From positions 1-64,000 of the forward strand of contig JAUCBJ010000347.1 of NCBI GenBank assembly GCA_032718475.1: 64,000 bases of DNA, written 5' to 3'. The DNA is from Nemertoderma westbladi. Taxonomy: Eukaryota; Animalia; Xenacoelomorpha. Both the position numbers and the translations under genes were made by a program. How positions within the stretch are numbered: the first letter of the stretch is position 1; every line of letters starts with the position of its first letter. The notes beneath the pieces are model-generated. The model saw nothing but the letters and a program-made list of their open reading frames with translations, made no database searches and was not told where the DNA came from. Below, piece by piece: positions 39,401-52,362 of this stretch.

Positions 39401-42400
39401 TAAAGCACACACGAGGGGTGTGGAAAAATTCAAGAAAAATCACAATGTGTTTACAAATCTTTTTACGGTGACAGTTTCGCCTCCCTCTCCACTGGGTGAG
39501 TCAGCATTATAATTTTCGTTGTTCTTGAATCCAATATTGATTCGTTGGTACTGATAGAAAGCTGGCCATGCAAGGACACCAAATATACCATATACATGGA
39601 TACCATCATCTGAACATAAACTGAAGTTATTCAACATTTTAGGCGAAAATTGACACGTTAGCTACTGTAAATGTCCTCTTTGGGTAAATCCTACAACGTC
39701 TTGTTTGCATAGCGTCTCGTTTGCGAAACGTCCAGTTTGTCAAGTCCAACTTTCGAGTTGTAGTCATTAGGTCCCGCGAGCCATTATGTCTCGCGGGACC
39801 TAAATGTACCGAGTCATTAGGTCCCGCGAGCTCTAATGACTCCGTACAATTAGATCCCGCGGGTTTACAAATACAATTTTAACAAACTTGGGAGCAAAAT
39901 ATTAAAACAATTGTAATTAATTATATGCAAATGCAATATATAACTACAGTCCTGTATATGCAAATTAGCAATTATTCGTTTGTTAGTTCAGAAAATTAGT
40001 TTGATGTATTGTACAGTATAATGCAACAAATACATCGCCATTGTTTAAGTACAAAAGTCCGTACTGGGCCGGTGCTTGAGGAAAACTGCGCAACAGCGCA
40101 ACGGCGCAAAAGCGCAACGGCACAACAGCGCAACAACGCTACGGCGCAACGGTGCAACGGCACAACAGCGCAACGGCGCAACAGCAACAGCAACAGCGCA
40201 ACGGCGCAACAGCAACAGCAACAGCGCAACAGCCTGTGGACTGTATGATTGGTTTATTAATCTCAATCTCATTTCATTGGCTTTTTATTATTGGCTATTC
40301 TTTTTCGTTCTATAGAATTCTATTTCTGTTACGCTGATGGCGCAACAGGCACAGAAGGAAAACTTAACTGCAGCCTGACAGTCAGTACCAGACAGATGCG
40401 GTCTCCGGTAACATTGGCCTACACTTCAGTAGTTTGTATATAGATATATAATCCTATGATTAATAATAATAATTAAATTTGATTAATTAATTAGTTAAAA
40501 ATTTATTAAAATTCAAATTTATTAATAATCATAATAGACATGATTAATCTTTGATAGCTTGTGTGTGACCTTGTCAGACAGAGTCAGAGTTAGCCTGTGT
40601 CGAAAAACGTGCGTAACAAACGTGCGTAAAACTGCGTAACTTCCAGTTTATGTAAAATCTCACTTTCTATTTGTTTGTGTAATGTCGGGTTTGCGTAACT
40701 TCCAGTTTATGTAAAATCTCACTTTCTATTTGTTTGTGTAATGTCGGGTTTGCGTAACTTCCAGTTTATGTAAAATCTCACTTTCTATTTATTTGTGTAA
40801 TGTCGCGTTTGCGTAACCTCCAGTTTATGTAAAATCTCACTTTCTATTTATTTGTGTAATGTCGCGTTTGCGTAACTTCCAGTTTATGTAAAATCTCACT
40901 TTCTATTTATTTGTGTAATGTCGCGTTTGCGTAACCTCCAGTTTATGTAAAATCTCACTTTCTATTTATTTGTGTAATGTCGCGTTTGCGTAACCTCCAG
41001 TTTATGTAAAATCTCACTTTCTATTTATTTGTGTAATGTCGCGTTTGCGTAACCTCCAGTTTATGTAAAATCTCACTTTCTATTTATTTGTGTAATGTCG
41101 CGTTTGCGTAACTTCCAGTTTATGTAAAATCTCACTTTCTATTTGTTTGTGTAATGTCGGGTTTGCGTAACCTCCAGTTTATGTAAAATCTCACTTTCTA
41201 TTTATTTGTGTAATGTCGCGTTTGCGTAACTTCCAGTTTATGTAAAATCTCACTTTCTATTTGTTTGTGTAATGTCGGGTTTGCGTAACCTCCAGTTTAT
41301 GTAAAATCTCACTTTCTATTTATTTGTGTAATGTCGCGTTTGCGTAACTTCCAGTTTATGTAAAATCTCACTTTCTATTTGTTTGTGTAATGTCGCGTTT
41401 GCGTAACCTCCAGTTTATGTAAAATCTCACTTTCTATTTATTTGTGTAATGTCGCGTTTGCGTAACCTCCAGTTTATGTAAAATCTCACTTTCTATTTAT
41501 TTGTGTAATGTCGCGTTTGCGTAACTTCCAGTTTATGTAAAATCTCACTTTCTATTTATTTGTGTAATGTCGCGTTTGCGTAACCTCCAGTTTATGTAAA
41601 ATCTCACTTTCTATTTATTTGTGTAATGTCGCGTTTGCGTAACTTCCAGTTTATGTAAAATCTCACTTTCTATTTGTTTGTGTAATGTCGGGTTTGCGTA
41701 ACCTCCAGTTTATGTAAAATCTCACTTTCTATTTATTTGTGTAATGTCGCGTTTGCGTAACTTCCAGTTTATGTAAAATCTCACTTTCTATTTATTTGTG
41801 TAATGTCGCGTTTGCGTAACCTCCAGTTTATGTAAAATCTCACTTTCTATTTATTTGTGTAATGTCGCGTTTGCGTAACTTCCAGTTTATGTAAAATCTC
41901 ACTTTCTATTTGTTTGTGTAATGTCGGGTTTGCGTAACCTCCAGTTTATGTAAAATCTCACTTTCTATTTATTTGTGTAATGTCGGGTTTGCGTAACTTC
42001 CAGTTTATGTAAAATCTCACTTTCTATTTATTTGTGTAATGTCGCGTTTGCGTAACTTCCAGTTTATGTAAAATCTCACTTTCTATTTATTTGTGTAATG
42101 TCGGGTTTGCGTAACCTCCAGTTTATGTAAAATCTCACTTTCTATTTATTTGTGTAATGTCGCGTTTGCGTAACTTCCAGTTTATGTAAAATCTCACTTT
42201 CTATTTATTTGTGTAATGTCGCGTTTGCGTAACCTCCAGTTTATGTAAAATCTCACTTTCTATTTATTTGTGTAATGTCGCGTTTGCGTAACTTCCAGTT
42301 TATGTAAAATCTCACTTTCTATTTGTTTGTGTAATGTCGGGTTTGCGTAACCTCCAGTTTATGTAAAATCTCACTTTCTATTTATTTGTGTAATGTCGGG

Positions 42401-45400
42401 TTTGCGTAACTTCCAGTTTATGTAAAATCTCACTTTCTATTTATTTGTGTAATGTCGCGTTTGCGTAACTTCCAGTTTATGTAAAATCTCACTTTCTATT
42501 TGTTTGTGTAATGTCGGGTTTGCGTAACCTCCAGTTTATGTAAAATCTCACTTTCTATTTATTTGTGTAATGTCGGGTTTGCGTAACTTCCAGTTTATGT
42601 AAAATCTCACTTTCTATTTATTTGTGTAATGTCGCGTTTGCGTAACCTCCAGTTTATGTAAAATCTCACTTTCTATTTGTTTGTGTAATGTCGGGTTTGC
42701 GTAACTTCCAGTTTATGTAAAATCTCACTTTCTATTTATTTGTGTAATGTCGGGTTTGCGTAACCTCCAGTTTATGTAAAATCTCACTTTCTATTTATTT
42801 GTGTAATGTCGGGTTTGCGTAACTTCCAGTTTATGTAAAATCTCACTTTCTATTTATTTGTGTAATGTCGCGTTTGCGTAACTTCCAGTTTATGTAAAAT
42901 CTCACTTTCTATTTGTTTGTCGGGTTTGCGTAAATTCCTGATTGCGTGGCGTCAGCTCGCCAAATTGATTTCCCTTATGATGATATAGTTCATAGGAATA
43001 TTCATTATAAGTTAATGTTTATAAAATAAAGGAATATAACGCGAGCGTAGCGAGAATAATTATTTTATGTTATTTTTGACATTAAATCTATCTTTTTGAA
43101 TCGAGAGTACACGTTTATTACCAAAACAATTTGGTTTTCGTGGTAAAATTAATTAATTATTTATTTAGTAACAGCACAATTTTTTAAAATTAATAATATT
43201 CTAGTAATTTAATTTATAAAACAATAATGAGTTAAAAATCATGTATGTTGATGTTCATAGTTCATTAAAAACAGGGCAGCCTTCAGCTTCGACAATCCAC
43301 GAGGAAATGAGGTGCAATTGTAATGTAATGGGTGGCTTCTGTTGCTTGGCAAATGCATAAACAGCAAATGCATGAATCGATAGGTGACCAGCAGTTCGGT
43401 GTGGAACATAGCTTATGGTGGCAACCGTTTGACACTAGCTGTGCCATTGATCGCCGCCGATAGCCTGTTAAACCCGCAAGTTAGTGTCAGAGCTCGAAGC
43501 GTTGTCAATTGATTCTAGAATAGGGGTGGACCGGGCATATTTCGAGATTCCACACCACATTTTCCAGTAAAAGGCACGTACTTTAATCTTTTGTGGTGAA
43601 TATATCACAACCATATGTTACTGTCGGAAGGACAATAGCTATGTATAATTTCCTAGCGGTTTCCATGTTAGTCATTGGTAGGTTGACTTTGGTGGCGATT
43701 CGAGCACAACATGCTATACCTTTCTTATATAGGTGTGTGTAGTGTTTGCTGGCGCCTAATTTGATCTATAATTTAAACTATTTAAACCTAATTAGGGGTA
43801 TTTAACTGGATAGTTTGCAGTAATATAATACTGTAGGATATTGCTTTAACTTTTCACCCGGCTCTTTATGCCTATTCGCCCCCTAGTATGTATTGGTATA
43901 CTTCACATGGGCCATAAGTTTTATTCGAATTTTTAAAGTTGAAAGCCCATTGTGTGACCGGGTCCTCCTAACCCAACTGTTGCGTGGGTATAATGGTGGA
44001 TGCTAACGTTTCGTAACTCTGCACTACGTCAATATAGTTATAGTTATACTGTCGGTTGACTAAAATATATTCAATAAATGTAGCATTAAATGTAATAAAT
44101 TAAAACAAACATAATGAGCTGCACGCATAACTTATATGGGGGCGGATGCGCCGTGGTAGAATATGAACTCAGACAACGATAACCAAATTCAAATTAAACC
44201 CTATTCTGGAACCTTTTGTTTATGTATGATATAATAGTATTCCTTGCATTGTTGCCTAGCGCTACGGAATGGTTTAAAGAAATGTTCCCGAATATGGTGT
44301 ATTTATTAAATAGAATAAAATAGCTTCCCGTAGGTGCAAAACCATGCAACTTTTAAACGCTCATATCTCATCTATTTTATGACGAAATTAAAATTGCGAT
44401 ACACATATTTAGAATATTTAGAATCCTTGCACGGCCAGCTTATTTCTAACAGTACCAACAAATCAATATTAAGGTTGAATAATAAGTGCGGTGTAACTGG
44501 TGCAATATCGCTGGAGACACCTTTTTCAAACAATTGTAGTTAAAGAATGAAAGCGAAAATATTCTGGCTCACACAGGCACCGGCACCACCTCACTCCTAT
44601 TATTTCAAATTTCATGCTATTTCATAAAGATTTGCATGTCTGACGATATTATTTTCTGGCACAAATCAATATAATTAATAACATTATCGTATTATACCGA
44701 TATTTATATGACGGTGGCCGACTGGTCCAGTGGCCTAGTGGATAAGGCGTCAGCCTCCGGAGCTGAAGATCGGGAGTTCGAATCTCCTCTGGATCGACGA
44801 CTTTTTGTTCCTTAAACTATTCGGATTATTTTGTTTTTATTTCCTACAAGATGAGATTTGATTTTCCGCCGGTTTACTATTATTTTAATTAGCACCCCAC
44901 TAAACTCACCCATTCAGATAAACATTTTAATATCATAATTAGTTAAGTAATTATCACCTGATAATTAAACCCTACCAAAAAACCAACCTGATCTGGTTTA
45001 TCCGATCTCAATATATTTCCTCCATTATAGTAATGGCACACCAATTGGTGGCAGGTCTCTCCCCTAGCACACGCGATTTTGTAGCTCGAGTGCCACAGTA
45101 TCTGTGTCAAATGTCCGCAAGACATGTAATTAGGGTTGCATTCCCATATTCTGCCATTGTACTTCCTATGAAAACGTATTATTTAACAAAATCTACATTA
45201 CTTTGTTATAATTAATATATTATTAGGGTTTATCAAATATAAAAAATATCAATTACCATCGATTATTCACATTCACACTTTTTATTGATTGATGAAAAAA
45301 ATCAATATGTTCCAGAATATGGCGTATTTATGAAATAAAATAAATGGTCTATGAAACGAAAGCAAATACATGCAGCATTCGAATGCCCATTTCTCCCCAA

Positions 45401-48400
45401 AACCAAATTCAAATGTTTTTACATATTTGGAATCCTTGCACGTCCAGCTTTCGAATGGTACCAATAACCCACTATAAGGTTGAAGAATAACTGCAGTGTA
45501 ACTGGTGCAATATCGACGGAGACACCTTTTTTATGATCTTGCAGCTAAAGAATGAAAGCGAAATTAAAAACCCCGACTCATCCAGCAAGGATGAGGGAGG
45601 TGAAACTATATCAGTATCATTATCACTTGTAGAATATTTTGGGGGGCATGTCACTGAATTACGACACTACTATATTCCGGGAATACCAGTACCGCATAAC
45701 TGGAGAGTTAGTGCTTGTATTGAATTATGTAACATCTTATCTAAAGATAGAGTAGTTAGTTGTTATGAACTGAATATACACTATATTCAATGAAGATATT
45801 TTTTCGGTATGAATCCACTCCTCTACACCCCTCTAGGAATTTTTCATTAATTATGTGAAGCTTTAATTCCTAATAAAATGCGTTAAATCCAAATAATTAC
45901 AGCCATACATTTTTTTAAAAATATTTATTTAATTTCTATTTTTGTGCTACTCAAATAATATTATTGTTTAATAATTAAAACACATTTAAATTAGATAAAA
46001 ACATGCGACTGACTTACTTAATTTCATTAAAATACATCATGTCAATAGCCTCGATAACATTGTCGGCCCGTGAGTGAAGGTTTTGTCCAATAAAACCGGT
46101 GTGTTTCTTTATATATTCCTTATAAGATGCTGAGTTAGTTGGCAAACCGTGAGTGTTAACGCATCTGAAAGAAAAAAAATATTGTCCCGGTAACAAGCGA
46201 AGCGTACTGATCAACTGATGTGTTCCAGAACATGTTTACTCAATATGAATCCACTAGGAAGAGTTACGATTAAAATTTATTAAGTTTAAGAGCACAATAA
46301 AGTTGGTTTATAGTGATTCGTAAATTTAAAATTCTTTCAATAACATGACGGTAAAATACTACTTCAATCAAAATATTAAATTTATAGTTAGTTACATGAA
46401 ATCGGAAAATAAAATTCCACACATACTGTATAATGAGGATGTTTCAAATTCACATTACTAAATACTTTCCAAACTGCCTGTTCTATGGAACTAGGGATCA
46501 CTCTTGCAGTGATATGCCACCTCCCTCAGAGGCAAGGACTCTCAGATCGCGAATGAAGCTTGGATCTCACACCGGGCTGTTGCAATTAGAGAGGACCAAT
46601 CATGCCGCGGCGAGCAGGTAGTGTACATGACTTAGTTCTGCTAGCGCGGAGTCTAAGTTTCACATTGGCCGGGTAACACAAACGTTACAAGCTTTACAGC
46701 ACACGGATTCCAGCACTTAATCTACACAAACCCTGTATATTTTCATGCGCTTTTCTCTTATTTTCTCAGGCCTCAACCGAAATTGCGACTTTCCGTGCGT
46801 TAGGTAGGCCTACCACGCCTCAGCTCTCGGCAATGTCCGTCTCTCGTCACATCGTAAATCGTTCTATTTTTAAGTAATTAATTGAACATCGTCTATTTCA
46901 TGTTTATAATAATAATCATTATGAATTATAAAACAAGTTAATTTAAACTGTTTTATTTATTTTTTATTATAATTTGCCCAAAATAATGTTTGCTATATGT
47001 ATAGGTATACAGTCCCAATCCCAATAAACATTAACTTGGTCATTTTGGCGGCCAAAACGACCAAAATGGCCAAATATAAATTGCGGCATTCACTTCTGAG
47101 GCAAGTTGGCTTGTCAATCACAGCCAGTGAATAGAGGCTGAGTGTAAGTAAAGCCCAGGATGTTGGCAGATAGAAAAAGGCTTCGATTTCCGGACATTCC
47201 CCCCCCCCCCCGACCAGTTCCGTTTCCGTTCGACTGTTTTAATAATTTCGCACGTTTATTTTTCATTTTGTAAGGTAAACATAGAACATTTTTATTTTCA
47301 ATATTTTCTTGACCCTTTATTAACCTCGCTCGCACACGGTAAATATAATGCCTCGATAATTAATAGTGATAACATTTTAACTTTTTTTCCCATGTAATAA
47401 ATAATTATTGTGTTTTATCTGTGTATCTGCGTTGAATATAATTAATATATTGATAATTAATTTCGCTGGAGTTAATTAGAAGTTCGCTGGATTTAATATT
47501 ACTTACCGTGGCTCAGGAGAGGTGTGATGGCTATGTAAGGTCATGTGTGAATCATACTTGGGCCTATATGGTGAGTGTGCAATGTGCATGGGGGGGGGGG
47601 GGGGGGGGGAATTAGTAGATAATTCGGAATGTGAATCCTGTTTTCATTTTTTTAAACTGGACGCTAGTGGCCTAGCATGTTTTCACGTGACATACATAGA
47701 ATACAGGCAAAAATACATAGAAATAAGCCCAACGCTAATAATTAACACATGTACAGATATTAACTATACAAGAAGGTACTGTTTCTGTTTCTCCTGTGCA
47801 AAGCAAAATCTAATCATGAATACTTTTTCACTGTAACTCGTAACTCAACCATGGTCCTTTTTCGAAGAAATCCTACATGGGCATTTTGGAGCTAACCCGC
47901 CACTACTGCTTGGCTCACTGGAAGTGTATTTAGTATTAAGTTTATTTATTGGGAACACGAACACACCATATTATCCTTCCCCTATTCATTTCAATGGTAG
48001 CCAGCTTGTCTTTCCCGCACTGGGGGTAGACCATTGCCATTGGTTAGCTGTATGCTATTGTAATACAAAGAGAGCGGCAGGATAAAGAGAATTGCCGACC
48101 TCACTAATAATGGGCTGGTCCCAAAGGTCACTTTAAAGTAGGTGGTACAGTAGGTACTACAGTTTACATGTTCAAGGGCGCCAGTCCCTAGTCGCTAGAC
48201 GCTAGCCCATAGTCTGTCATGGAGTTCCTATAGTAGTTTCAGACGCTTTCACTCAGTATCCTAGTGTCCAGGAAGTTGGGAGTTGAGTATGGGTGGGTGG
48301 ATTGGTGGCCCCCACGCAACACCACAGTGTCGGGTGACAACAAAACAAAGACCAACGACCCAAATAATAAAGACCTGTACAAATACAAAACACATGTGTT

Positions 48401-50011
48401 GACTTTAGTTTATTGTTTTGGTTCCCCAACACGCCTCTGTAACCTGCTTCTTTACTAACCTCGTCCTTTAAATGGCAATGTGACCTCACGCTCTCTGGCA
48501 ATGGGACCTAAAGCTCTTTGGAACCTAACGCTCTTTGGGACGTAACGCGACTTTACCTCTTTGTTTTGTACAGGTCACAATGAGCGTTATGTACCATTGC
48601 TATTTAAAGGAGCAGGTTAGTAAAGGAGCAAGTTACAGAGGCGTGACGGGGGATTCAAAACAATTAACGAAAGTTAAAACATGTAACAAGATTATGCAGG
48701 TCTTTATAATTGGGTCTTTGTTTTGTAGTCATCCCGCAGTGTCCGCGAATTATATACATTGTAAAAAAATATAAAAAAAAATTTTTATTATAAAAAAAAA
48801 TATTATGAAATTAATTTCCGAAATTAACATACCGAAATTAATTTATCGATGTCCATTAATTAGTTATTTCATTACGATTCTGATTGGTTGATAGATTAAT
48901 TTCGGGACGTCCATAAATTAATTTCGGGACGTCCATAAGTTAATTTCGGGAAGTCCATAACTTAATTTCGGGACGTCCATAAGTTAATTTCGGGACGTCC
49001 ATAAGTTAATTTCGGGAAGTCCATATAGTTAATTTCGGGACGTCCATAAATTAATTTCGGGACGTCCATAAATTAATTTCGGGACGTTCAGATTATTATA
49101 CATACTCCTCCTTTAACGAAGCCGCATTCAACTCCTTTTATAAGACTGTGTACTCTATCAATGCCTTAGTGGGCGGACTCCAGTACTGCAAGGCTCAGCG
49201 CCGGGTAAGTTAACAATCTGTCAATAATAAAAATGAAAGCGAGCCGACATTTAGTCAGATCCACCAAATGGATGGCCAAGGAGACAGACTGTCTGGATTG
49301 AGCTGATTCGAGTTAAATCGCTTCGCCAAAACGACCAAGTAGCCCATAGGAATACACTAAATTTTTTTGGTGATTTTGGCCGCCAAAACGACCAAGTTAA
49401 TGTTTATTGGGATTGGGACTGTATTTGTCTAGTCTCTGTGGGTAGTGCGTACTGTACGAAGAAGTGGCTACTAACCGGACCCATTGACCGGACCCTCTAA
49501 ATACGGTATTGAAGCATTATATTTTATTAATATTTTACTTGTGTATTATTGACCGAACCCATATTACCACAATTAAGTAACCTGCATAATCTTACAACAT
49601 GTGTTAACTTTCGTTTATTGTTTTGGTTTCCCCAAAACCGCCTCTATAACCTCCTCCTTTAATAACCTGTTCCTTTAAATGACAATGATGGGTCCGGTCA
49701 GTAGCCTTTGCCATTCTACGACGTACAGTAGTACAGTGTACGTACAGTACAGTATATAGAATATAGTACCTGTTTGCGTACTCCTGCGTCCACACTTCCA
49801 GGTCGTTGTCCCATACAACTTCCATCATGTTCGATGCGCTCTCCATCGCCCTCCCGGCCGCATCCTTGGACGGCAGGGTCCGACGCAGTTCATTGTGGTA
49901 TTTAAGAAGAGCCTCCTCCTCGGGATTGGAGAGTTTTGCCGATAAAGTTTGACGCACATTAAATTCAAGGATCAGTAATACGATATAGAATAACAGGCGT
50001 CCAGAAAGCAT
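36491..50011 (-). CDS. Secreted CAP/SCP (CRISP/GLIPR1-like) protein with hinge, four ShKT domains and hydrophobic C-terminal (GPI-like) tail; 5 exons, ~422 aa
   Basis: Exons on minus strand, GT-AG, phases consistent: 50011-49770, 46164-46018, 45165-44988, 37725-37503, 36969-36491 (1269 nt). Signal peptide. CAP motifs YHNELRR, ASNMMEVVWDNDLE, IGQNL, CGHLTQILWHSSYKIACA, LVCHYYNGGN. Hinge PYRPGPSCSWCP..C..LC. Four 6-Cys ShKT units ending M...C..(S/T/F)C..C. Tail DAATSISANAIAIVGIAIIYILVK*. Confidence 0.9.
39764..39863. repeat. Cluster of direct and inverted copies of TTAGGTCCCGCGAG
   Basis: GTCATTAGGTCCCGCGAG-CCATTATGT-CTCGCGGGACCTAA hairpin, followed by two more direct copies. Typical of subterminal repeats of a foldback MITE. 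Confidence 0.7.
40088..40230. repeat. Degenerate (GCGCAACA/GCGCAACG)n simple repeat
   Basis: Direct reading. It explains the six-frame low-complexity ORFs at 39996-40337. Confidence 0.9.
40633..42933. repeat. Minisatellite, 59-bp unit, ~39 copies (CAP gene intron 3)
   Basis: Unit TGCGTAAC(T/C)TCCAGTTTATGTAAAATCTCACTTTCTATTT(G/A)TTTGTGTAATGTCG(G/C)GTT. Variation is limited to three biallelic sites. Confidence 0.97.
43270..43760 (-). mobile_element. Decayed LINE RT C-terminal fragment
   Basis: Minus-strand translation ARKLYIAIVLPTVTYGCDIF, followed by WCGISKYARSTPIL, matches the LINE RT thumb region. Confidence 0.6.
44724..44796 (+). tRNA. trnR-CCG: tRNA-Arg (anticodon CCG)
   Basis: 73 nt. 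Acceptor stem GGTCCAG/CTGGATC plus G73. A box TGGCCTAGTGG. Anticodon arm TCAGC-CTCCGGA-GCTGA. T arm GGGAG-TTCGAAT-CTCCT. TTTTT terminator at 44802-44806. Confidence 0.95.
48329..48736. repeat. Foldback MITE with ~150-bp imperfect inverted arms; related single arms at ~35820-35900 and ~49590-49690
   Basis: GACAACAAAACAAAGACC..TTAGTTTATTGTTTTGG..CGCCTCTGTAAC..CCTTTAAATGGCAATG (48335-48480) is mirrored by CATTGCTATTTAAAGG..GTTACAGAGGCG..CAAAACAATTAACGAAAG..GGTCTTTGTTTTGTAGTC (48595-48730). Confidence 0.75.
48896..49090. repeat. Tandem repeat, 22-bp unit, ~9 copies
   Basis: Unit TTAATTTCGGGACGTCCATAA(G/A). Confidence 0.92.
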
Positions 50012-51860
50012 TATATAACAGTTTTATTTATATTTACCCGTAGGAATTCTATAATGGCGTCATTTAAGCCTAGAGTATAAAAATTTCGCACTCCATTGAA
50101 ATAAAACCCCGTTTTCAGCTATAAAGACCCTCGCGTGTATCTATATGTGTATTTGTGTAAAAGATCCTCGTGGTACTTAAAACGTAAATATACTCAATTC
50201 ATACTCTAAGATTGAAAAGTGCTTTTCACATTCACATAACGATGTAAATTGTTATAGAAATGGCTTTCTACTGTTAAACCTAAACTATCCAGCATATTTG
50301 TAAGTCATGGCGCATGCAATACAACTGCAACTGTAGGCCCCTACTGAAACTACATCATATATCTATAGTAAAGATGTATGAAACGGTCTGATTTTTCAAT
50401 GAACCTTATTATCAACAATTTTGCGAAAAAATTTGATTTTAATTTCTAATTTTAATACACGACATTATTACTTCAGCCTTAACGACTAAACCTAACTTTA
50501 AATCGAATTGGTATTTTATTTAAAAGACCCTCCCCCTTGAATTATTTAAGTAGCTTCCTGCTGTATGTAATTTATAAATGTTGCTACTGTATTCTACAAG
50601 ATACAGTATTCCAGCAATCGCATCCACTAAAATAATAATACGAATAACGTCAATACACAGTACAGTACTGGCAATATCAAATATTTCTAACTGTTTAGTG
50701 TTGCGTTACGTTAAACTCCGTTATTCGTTAAACTCGAATAACGGAACAACAAACTATTATAATAGCAGTAATAATTACAGCGGTAAAACTAATGCAGATC
50801 CTATGTTTATAATAGCCACGGATACGCCAGCATCAGCCAGGATCAATAAGATAACCACCCAAAACCAACAATCATAGAGAGTTGAATTGATGTACAGTAT
50901 GTTGGTAAAGCCTACTGTACAGTGTGCAGTGCATACAGCACATGCTTCAGCCTATGTATGGTAACTACAGTAACTACTCTGCCATTGTCGTATAACGCAG
51001 AAGAGCAAGTGATGCCGTCTAATTATCTTATTCCTTTCTACATACAGGCCTGTCATCTACCAATCACAAAATAGCTGGTGAGAGATAGCCTTGATCTGTA
51101 AATCTCTTACACTTATTTCCGGCACTATATTTTTTGCTGATTTGGTTTGGAGATTATATCTAAAGTTCATATTAAGTTATTTATATAAATCAAATATGTT
51201 AAAGCTATACATATAAGAAAAGCTATATAAAAAAGATGAACTACAGTAACTATATACGACATTGTTCATAAAATGGCACTTTATAGCGGCGTTACGGCAC
51301 GAGTGATTTAATAGATATTAGAACGTCGGCCGTATTAACTATTTACATTATTGTGTGCAAAGTAGCACTTTGCAGCGTTATGATTCGAGTTTATTTATGT
51401 AACGAGGGTGGTTTACATAAATAAACAAGGGTCTTTAACGCTGATAAGTGACCTTTGCAAGCAATGATGTATGTAATTTTGCTACATTATGTCAACTTTT
51501 ATCAGTGTTCGGTATGTGAAGAAAGGATTTTATAGATACTAATTTATACATTTTAATAATGTACTATATCGAATATGTGTGAAATTTATTAACAGGTACA
51601 CAGTATTTATTATACATTTAAATCTAATTAAAGTTTATTGGAAGTTAACTTCTGCTTGGATGTGATAAATCATTAATCCATCTTGACTATCTTGATTATA
51701 ATCGACTGAAGCAAACTTAGTCACCGTCTGTGTCCGTTCACTTATACTGAACACTGTCGTCACTTTCTTTGGTCATTTTAGTGTCTTCTATTAGACGTTT
51801 CTATTATTGATAGTAACAATGTGTTGGCAAGCTGTATTTTTCGAGGTGTTTGTTATTATA

Positions 51861-52123
51861 ATAATAATAATAATAATAATATTGGTTATTTATATAGCGC
51901 TTTTCTACGCTCAGCATACTCTAAGCGCTTTTATTATCATTACCCCAGCAAAGCCAGGTTCCCATTATACCGCTGGGTTGGCGTAGGCACTAATGTCTAA
52001 AGTGTCTTGCCTAGGGACACATCAGTGCGAAATTTCTACAGCCTTTAGTCGGATTCGAACCTGAACCACCAAACACTATTGTGTAAGCAGTTCAGGCGTC
52101 GTATCCACTCGGACACTGAGACA
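51861..52123 (-). mobile_element. tRNA-derived SINE with CORE/Meta-like central domain and L2-like tail
   Basis: Minus strand: A box TGTCCGAGTGG, B box GGTTCGAATCC, central TGTGTCCCTAGGCAAGACACTT...CCCAGCGGTATAATGGGAACC, tail AAGCGCTTAGAG...AAGCGCTATATAAAT plus (ATT)n. 8-bp TSD TTATTATA at 51853-51860 and 52124-52131. The empty site is visible in copy B at ~59226. Confidence 0.9.
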
Positions 52124-52319
52124 TTATTATACATTTATTATAGGAAGGGATCTAGGGGTCTTAACCTCGAATGATAAGTTTATTTTACCGAAAATAACTT
52201 ATCTTTTATTGGCGCAATTGTAGGACTAATCCCATCACATGCGTACTTTCTAACCGGGTAGTGTACAAATTTAAGAATCGGGTAATTTTTCTTGAAATTA
52301 ATATCTCATATCTCTCCAA

Positions 52320-52362
52320 ACCACGTACGCGTTTCGACCTTACTGGGTCTCATCAGCGTGGT
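52320..52362 (-). ncRNA. Minimal type I hammerhead ribozyme (copy A)
   Basis: Minus strand ACCACG-CUGAUGA-GACC-CAGUAA-GGUC-GAAA-CGC-GUA/CGUGGU. All core nucleotides are present, with stem I 6 bp, stem II 4 bp and palindromic stem III ACGCGU. Confidence 0.88.

Larger units (their letters stand above)
47010..49421. mobile_element. Tc1/mariner(pogo)-type non-autonomous element, 2.4 kb (CAP gene intron 1)
   Basis: ~57-bp TIRs starting CAGTCCCAATCCCAATAAACATTAACTTGGTC, with ~3 mismatches. TA duplicated at 47008-47009 and 49422-49423. No transposase ORF inside. Confidence 0.88.

Noticed and set aside
39996-40337. Overlapping Ala/Gln/Cys-rich ORFs
   Set aside because: By-products of a simple repeat.
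14105-42933. The 43-, 28- and 59-bp arrays as CRISPR arrays
   Set aside because: Units are contiguous with no unique spacers, they lie in eukaryotic introns, and there are no cas genes.
44000-44040. Minus-strand CGAAACGTTA, hammerhead-like half motif (similar at ~34140 and ~31990)
   Set aside because: The CUGANGA core is missing; at most degenerate remnants.
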